Below are positions 56,101-64,000 of a stretch of 64,000 nt of DNA, piece after piece. A model generated the notes under the pieces. That model did no database searches. It was not told the DNA's origin and was given only the letters and a program-made list of their open reading frames with translations. Made by a program: the position numbers and the translations under genes. The DNA comes from Chrysomallon squamiferum (Eukaryota; Animalia; Mollusca). Every line of letters starts with the position of its first letter. Position 1 is the stretch's first letter. The DNA lies in assembly GCA_012295275.1 (NCBI GenBank), contig CM022671.1, positions 31,248,001 through 31,312,000 on the forward strand, in the 5' to 3' direction.

Positions 56101-59100
56101 AGAAAAAAGAAAAAAACCATTGAAATATTAAAATAACAATGTATTTTTACTTTATGAAAATAGGTAAAATAGTTATATTTTTAGAAACTAAATTTTTGTT
56201 GTACTTATATAACGTTCAAGTTTTAGTTGTTGTTTTTACTGGATTATTTGTTTGTTTGTTTACCTTGAGATCCTGCATGGTTTGTACATCATGAAGCAGT
56301 GGTGACACAGACATGGCCAGAAAAGCATCAAGCTCCTGTCTCTGCAGCACCCGTCCAAAACGTAAAATGTATCTGAAATCAGACATTTTATCACATACAT
56401 TCTGCATGACAAAAACAGTTTACTGACTTAGGTTAGATGGACATTTTAACTCGTTTTGTCAATCGCAACTGTGTCTACTGTTTTGTAGATTTAAATTATT
56501 TGTCAGTCATGTTTATTCTTGGCAATATATTTGTACCATCTTTGATCACATACTTAAGCTCATCATGTTAAGATTAGGCTGTACAAACCAATACAGGAGA
56601 ACAAATCTAAACATTTTGTGGTCCATACATTTTTACTAAATTTTGTTTTATTTGGTAAGCACAGTGTAAAAAAATCAGTAAATATACCATTAAGCATGCA
56701 CTAACCTGAGAACACAGCACATAATGAGCAAGTGCTGGGGTATATACTGAGTGTTCAGCATCAAAGGGGCATCACTCTGCATGCATGTGAGGAATGCTCG
56801 CAGTCGTCTGTTCTTGTCATCGGGCTGCTGTCCAAGCCACATACGCTCAATGCTTGGTGTCTTCCAGTCAACAGGCTTGGCGATGACCACTTCAAACACT
56901 GGTTTGTTGGTGCCTCGTCGCACTACCCACTCCTTAACCAGGACATCAAATGATCTTGGCACACTGTCACCTGTAATGTTTTTGTTTTATCAATTCAATT
57001 TTACCTTCAAACAGTACAAGACCAATATGGTTTTATTGTGCAAAGACAACATTTTCTCAAATGTGGCAAAATTCTTTTGTAGGAACATTATTAAATACAG
57101 GAACTGTACAATTACCAATGTAGTTTTTAAACATTGTAATTTACTCTCTGCCCTTTTTTACATAAGATATTTAAGTTTTGGTAACATCTCTTTAAAAATT
57201 CTGGTTTAATTAAATTTATTTACTCGTGACTAAATGTCTAATTTGGTTTGACTTGACACATGTAGAAGTTTTTCAAGTGCAAGCATTTTAAAAAAATTTA
57301 ATGAATATTCATGGAGTGAGAGAAATAAAAATGCTTCAAAATGCAAACGTATTAATAAAATAAAATAAGTATGTTAAACCCATTCCCTAAACATTGTTTT
57401 TTAAAGTTATAAATTGAAAATGAAGGAAAGATTTTACTAATAGTAATTTAATCCAAACTTAATGTCAGTTAATGTATTCTTTCTAGCTCCATTTTGCTTA
57501 TTAAAAAAAAAAAAAAAAAAGCATGAACAAATACAAAAAAAATAAAAATTAACAAAATAACTACCTCTTTCTTTGTTCTGGTTATCATGCATTATTTTCA
57601 ATTTATTGAGATTGAAGAGCACAGAGTAGACAGTCTGTCTAATGGGGCGGAAAAGATCAATGTAAGATGGCAGCTCACGATTAGTGTCATCTTCCAATAT
57701 CACTGGCAGTTTTATTTCACACTGTAAAAGGAATGGAGATATTTACTTAAAAAACATTAAAACATTTTAATATTCATGTACATTTGTCATCCAGCAATAA
57801 GTTTCAGTTATTGTAGAATGCCAATTTTGATAGAAACAGTTCTTTTAAATATTCAAACAATAGTATATAAAAAAACTGTATTATGATAATGTAACACCAA
57901 TTATGAACTGTATCAAAAAATAATCCAATAGCAAAAAGGAGCTGTAATTTTAGATTTTACAAAAGCTGTTGTTTTCGCTGATGGCTTGGAAGTAAGTTAA
58001 AATAATAGCACTTTAACAAAGTATACAATAATAAATTAAAAAAAAATTAAATTTAAAAAAAAAAAAAAATTATGCGAAATATATTTTTAATTCTTACCAA
58101 AGAAAGAAGTTGATAAACCCATGGGGTCATCAAACCCTTCTGATGCCTTTCACTTGCAACCCGCATAATTTCTGGAGAAATTGATGGTGCCTTTGCATCC
58201 AAACTCTTCTGGTCATTAGGTCCCTGAAATAAGTAATTAAATATATATATTTAAAGTAAAATGTCATAACAATCACCAAGTCAGAAGTACACCATACAAC
58301 TACAAAAATGTTGATTTAAACCACACACACAAACACTAAAAAAGTATTAATATTACATTTCTTTGGTTTTAAGATTATGTCTGTCAAAATTATGACAAAA
58401 TTGTTAAGAATAAATAAATGGATGGTAGAAATTACAGTAGATCATTAATGTTAATTCTTCAGAACGTACACCGTTCAGAATGGAAAATAAACAGGAAAAT
58501 AATGACAATGTTACCTTTGGCCAGGACTGATCTGGACTGTGTCTGCTTGGACTGGATCCACTGCTGCTGGATGTCATGGATCTCTTGTCTTCTGAAACAA
58601 AGATATACAATGTCAAAAACAAACAATTCTATGGTTAACTACCTTTCAATTATTTCTTTTTTGGCCAAGGTGTTTTGCCAGGAAGGTAAAAAAAAGAAAA
58701 GAAAAAAAGAAAGACTGATAATAAAATGAAGAAATGTTTTACTTAATGTCAGTTTGTGGCTAGAATCAATAGACAAAAAGCTGTCTTATATGTGATAAAT
58801 TATTCTCATTAGCAGTGAAGAATCTTTTACAAACTAATCTTATCTAACAAAGAAAGAAAATAATGATTACTGTTGATTAAAATGTGGAAGTGAAATACAG
58901 GGCCAAAAATTGAGTTAAAATAATTACATCTGTCAGTTTTTCTCATGTGATTCCTTCAGGTCATTTACAAATATATATATATTGTTTAGTTTTATAAAGT
59001 TTATATACCTGGTTCACCAAGGTGAAGATTCTGCATGCGTGATTCAATGCCATATGTACCCATAGCATTTCTGTTCGGTGGATCAACGACAATATGTGGA

Positions 59101-62100
59101 GCTGGATTGAGTGGATCACCATATCCAGATGTTTCCTGTACCTTTGATTAAAAATATCACTATAGTATTAAACAAATATATAAATAAATAAATAAATAAA
59201 TCAGATTAGAATTTACACTGTATATACAGAAGAGGCAAAAAACTAAAAATAATAATAATTTTTCTGAATATTATGAAAAATGTGTCATTTGTGACACGTA
59301 TCATAATTTTTTTTATTAAATTGTTACAAATGTATTTTCCATGATTTTTTAATCTGAGCAATAACATTTACATTAATCCAGTCAGCCTTTTATAATTTAT
59401 ATGTACACACACAAAAATGCTTACCTGGCCAGCATGGCCATTTATGGGTCCAGGATAACCACCTGGTTGTCTTGGGGATCCAGGAACTGTAAATTCAATT
59501 GTTTATATAATAAATAACATGGAACAAAACAAGGATGATATTCTTATAGACAGTGTTTATCAAAATAATGTTTAAAATAAAAGCCAACTAACAACGAATA
59601 TATAAGTTAAAATGATTTCTTCATTTATACACTACAGATGTTTGTTTGTTTCTACCTTTTATTTATATGTAATACTGTTGCTAAGAAAACTGACTTACTA
59701 TTCAGTCTAGGTCTGTATTTGAGGAAGCCTTCTTGTGTTCCATTCAAGTAATACTGCACACTCTGCTTGAATCGCTGGATCAATTCTGGCTTGTTGTTTC
59801 GAGCCAGCCTGTATATGATACATATTAAATGTAGTGTTTTATACATTTTTTAAATTTTCGCAAAGAAATAAAATGATTTGAAGAGATATTATAAAAGTTA
59901 GCATTCATAAACATTAAAAGAAAAGTTAACATTCATAAACATTAAAAACAATAAAATAGGTCAATGAATAAAACTGAAAATGGGACAGAGCACAAACAGC
60001 AGGGAAAAGGTTAATTCCACAATAATTAATACCGATAGCTTTAAAACTGTATTTAACGTTTTTATTTACAATTCATTTTCATCAAACAATGATGGGAGGT
60101 TGAAATTTGGAACTCAATATCTTTTCAATATATCAGGAAATAAATTTTTCCAGAACTCAAAAACACAAAATTAATAATGTGAAATCACAATTTGATCTTC
60201 TTGAATGAAAATCTATTAAAACTGTTATTATTTAGCTGATTTGTATAATGTAGTATTTTAGTTTTATATCCTAATAAAGCTGATTTGTGAAAAATATTAG
60301 GTAAATTTAATTTACACTAAGCATCAATTTCCAATATATATATATGTATCAAAGTTGTTTTTAATATATCAACCATCACTTTTGTTATATTTTTAAAATA
60401 TCTTATGATCTACAATTTTTACAAAATAATTATCTATATTTTATCCATATAGCATAAAAACATTAAAGAACTGACATTTCTCTCATCACACCTTTTCAAT
60501 TTTCATGAAGGTAACAAAATATTCCCCTTTCTATATAAAGCAAAATCATCTTTAAGACCAGTTCTTCTCTACTGTAGAGTAATCAACATTAATGAAATAC
60601 AAGAATAGATCTGATACCTTTTCAAAATAAAAAACCTTACTTGAAGACTATTTCACCAACAGAATCCAAATTATCAGTTGCTGGAAGATTTCTGACAAAG
60701 TCAACAGTGGATCTGATGGTATCTGCATCTAATTTGCTATCTCGACGCTGGAAATTAATAAAAACAAAACAAACATAAAACCAGAGTAGTAACATTATTT
60801 GAGTACAAAGATGATATTAACACACATATTCTCCAGGACAAAAAAGGTTTAAATTTACTGATTATTAGTTAACTTTTCATAAAGGTTAAAGTTTCATATT
60901 GTATTTTGTCGTGTGTTAAAACTTACATTTATTAAATTGCCTGCCCAGCACTATTAATATTTTATTGTTCTTTTTTCTCTCTTCCCCTTTAATAAGAAAT
61001 TCTAAGAATCCTTAAAAAAAAAAAAAAAAAATCTGCTACGTCACATAATAATATTTTGAAAGTTTCTTTAAATGTTTTTAAACAGAAGAAAAAGTGATAA
61101 ATCTAAAAGATGGAAATGCAAGCTGTTTCCTATGTTAAATCCTGTAATATTTAAAGGAGCTGTAAATGTTTACATACATTTAACAGTATTTGTTGGATAT
61201 GTTGTTTTAAATTACAAACTTAAATGCAGCTGTACAGAAACTGTGAATTAATGATTATACCTTGGTTTGTTGGTTGCCATTTTGTGCTGGTGGAAGATTA
61301 TTACGGAAATCTCGCAAATCATCATCTGACAGGATGTGATTACCTGATTAATATAAAAGTTTTTATACAGCGCATTATGATTTATGTGTCTTTCTCTTTC
61401 CTTTTAAGTCTTAGTATTTAACCATATTAATATTTTTATACTAATCTTATCATTGTTTTCAATTAAAATTTCAGTTTATAAAAATTATATATATTTTGCT
61501 GTTGTGTAACATAACTAAAAATAAATATAAAAATTGTTGTGGGATAAATGGTAAAATGTAATTATATTTTATGCACTTAAAATGATCATCCTTTACTAAT
61601 AATAAAGTGTAGGATTAATAAAAGGGTAAGGAGAATTACATTTGCCTTCTGTTTGTAAAACAATTTTAACCCCTCTAATTATGTTTATTGCTATTCCACC
61701 CCACTAAATCTTAATTTCTTACAACTCACCCAAAAGTGCTGCAAAAATGCAAAATCTGTTTGGATTTAGATTCAGGCATTTGGCAATTTCATCCATAATG
61801 TATTCTTTGGTTTCCAATGAACCCTTGTATGTGAGTTTTAGGTTGTTTGAAGAAAAATAACGAGGTGGATCAAATATGGTGTAAACTGATTCTTGGGCAA
61901 TAATGCCTTGCAAGTTGTGCTCTCGGCAGAAACCTATCACCTCCTGATGATGATCATCCATGGAACAGGCAACAGATACCCCTAAATGTCTTAGAGCCAT
62001 TTTCAACGCCCCAGTTAAAAATACGGGGCGCGACCACCAAACTTTGGGTGGTGGCGTGCCTTTGTTGCTTATATGACGCAAAACTGATCGAACTTTTTCT

Positions 62101-62447
62101 TTCTGGATCATCTGTTCGGCAAGCCAGTCTGACAGTTTCTGACTTTCCAAACACCCATTGAAGAAAATGACGAGCTCCATGTTTGCATTGTGACATGCCT
62201 GAATTAGGCTGGTGAGGAAAGCGGTCATGCGATTCCATTGTCCTCCACATACCCAATCCGAAAAGAAACCTCCGTATAATCTGTCTAAGCAACTTTCCGC
62301 ATCTACAACTAAACAAAATCGTCCTGAGCCGCCATAGCGGACACGCCTTTTGGGAACGAACCCTCGTGCAATTTTTAACAAGTCTACCGATACACATGCG
62401 CTCGAACAATTATTTTCCAGGAAATCCTGGAAATCAGTAATGCCCAT
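53183..62447 (-). CDS. FAM120A: FAM120A/C-like (constitutive coactivator of PPAR-gamma-like protein; PIN-like N-terminus, RGG-rich C-terminus), 16 coding exons, about 990 aa
   Basis: Exons 62447-61730, 61343-61261, 60747-60641, 59808-59699, 59486-59425, 59141-59009, 58591-58515, 58223-58098, 57721-57565, 56970-56706, 56372-56264, 56071-55865, 54836-54572 (or 54566), 54407-54148, 53843-53694 (or 53698), 53326 (or 53336)-53183. Motifs LDRLYGG, DWVCGGQWN, KGTPPPKVW, AALLGNHIL, CPWLFFDGKLF and GGQLEVAGVVVGSW. Confidence 0.93.
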
Positions 62448-62449
62448 TT

Positions 62450-63376
62450 TTGCTGATAATATTTGTATAACTAATGCATAATAAAATGGCAGTGCATCAT
62501 TGGATGAAACTTAGCAGTAGGGATAATTTCACACACAAAAACGTTGTCCTTTATCTCCAAGAATCCGCCATGTGCTTCTCGCCGTCAGAGGATAGCTGCT
62601 TTATGGTCACGTGTCCATGCCCGGATTCAATCCCACAATCCAACAAAGAATGTACAGAACCTGGCCGACGATATTTTCTGTCTTGCTACTTTACTTCATG
62701 CAGGGAGGGGTATATTTGTAGTTTCGGGGTGGGAGCATAGAACAGCCTTTGTTAGAATGGTCCCTGGTTTAAAACATATTTCTATGCAGCCTAAAATTAT
62801 AAATATTTTCACAGATCTCCATAATTTCAAACTTATTATTATATATTACCTTTAATAATAATAATAATAATAATGAAATGATTAAAGCATTGAAATTATG
62901 AATGGCTGTTTAACTCGTTAAAAAGTTAAAAAAAAAAAAAAAAAAAAGACAAAATGTTCAAATCTCAGGTTTAATTTTACCGTTTTTAAAAATGCAAGTA
63001 GCTATTTCTCAGACAACAAAGATTAAATTACTTTTTTTTTTTTTTTTTTCGGGAGGTATGGCTATGACACGCTTAAATAAAATAATAATAAAAAAAAAAA
63101 AAAAAAAAAAAAGTAAAAAGTTGGGATCCCGTTCTATGAAAGGTGTTTTGTAACGTTTTGAATATTCATTTATCTGTAATCAATGACAAATTGAAAGTGT
63201 TGCAAAATTCGTAACTTGAGTAAGTGCCTGAAATGCACAAAGCTTAAAAAGAAAGAATTGCGCAATGACCCGTTTCCAAATATTTCTATACTTCAAAAAC
63301 TCCAATGGACGACTGCCTAAACATCACGTGACCCATTTATATTTGCGGACGTCGAAAGAAAACAAGTAGTTTAAGG
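62450..63376. promoter_or_regulatory. Divergent FAM120 / copine promoter region
   Basis: About 930 bp between opposite-strand ATGs. E-boxes GGTCACGTG 62605-62613 and ATCACGTGAC 63323-63332; CCAAT at 63302. Confidence 0.55.
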
Positions 63377-63456
63377 ATGGCCGATGCGGTAGGGTTTCAA
63401 CCTGGTACTGTTGCAGTAGCACCCGCAACGCTTGTTGAATTATCTATCTCCTGTCG
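63377..63456 (+). CDS. First coding exon of a copine (CPNE5/8/9-like); gene continues beyond the window
   Basis: MADAVGFQPGTVAVAPATLVELSISC(R) with a good Kozak context (aggATGG) and a phase-2 donor CG|gtaaat. Resembles the copine C2A start PAT-x-VE-x-S-x-SCR. Confidence 0.8.
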
Positions 63457-64000
63457 GTAAATGATATAATTTACTGAATATTGAAAAAAATGATACGTTT
63501 AATATAAGTTTGTTTATGTGCTGTCAGTGCGATTCAGGCGATTTGTTGATTTCAGTAAACATAATGATAATGTCGTCTGCTTAATATGATAAAAGACGAC
63601 TTCCGGAAATAACTTCGGTTGTTGATTTTTAAGTTTTATTTATTAAACTTTAACATTGATGACGAATATGTATTGTTTTGCATTGTAATAAAATACTGTT
63701 ATCCGTAAAATTACATATTTGTTTATCAGTATCATTACAATGTTATTTTATGAATATTAAACAATAAAAAATAATTTAAAATATCTATTTTTATGATTTT
63801 AACTTACCACTGCAGTTGTTACTGTATCATTTATCAGCTTCTAGCCGCATCTATTATTATCAACAAATCTAAATTTTACATTTATTTGTTCTGTAGATAT
63901 TTACACCAGGACTTATTTCATATGTGTATGTTAATTGTTATACTGTGTTATACTATGTTATGGAAACAATTTAATTATTATTGAATTATATTTACCATAC

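Noticed and set aside
61954-62409. 151-aa alternative-frame ORF in FAM120 exon 1, and antisense ORFs over other exons (e.g. 56751-57209, 27234-27659)
   Set aside because: No recognisable motifs; expected shadow ORFs of GC-richer coding exons.
63896-63935. Candidate copine exon 2 after ctgtag
   Set aside because: It translates as YLHQDLFHM, not the expected NL.D.D..SKSDP; the real exon is probably beyond the window.

Overview
AT-rich, microsatellite-rich, intron-containing animal DNA, most likely a mollusc or other lophotrochozoan (inferred from composition and protein similarity). Manual exon assembly, with GT-AG boundaries and phases checked, gives five complete genes: a PIM kinase (-, 4477-7722), OTUD5/DUBA (-, 24441-31963), Rab7 (-, 36642-40201), EEF1AKMT2/METTL10 (+, 41788-45327) and FAM120A/C-like (-, 53183-62447). 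The first coding exon of a copine gene (+, 63377-63456) is also present and was missed by the ORF track. Most other ORFs in the track are microsatellite artefacts. No prokaryote-type system (CRISPR etc.) is present. The most interesting signals concern the Pim locus: (1) a candidate in-frame alternative first exon with its own promoter about 8 kb upstream; (2) OTUD5->PIM adjacency matching human OTUD5-PIM2; (3) two miR-33 8mer sites in the 3' UTR; (4) a STAT/NF-kB motif cluster upstream. Also noted: a cluster of tiny uORFs before FAM120, two head-to-head promoters carrying CLEAR-like E-boxes, an orphan CRE+YY1 promoter-like site, and several repeats and MITE relics. Comparisons with human genes are from memory and need database confirmation.
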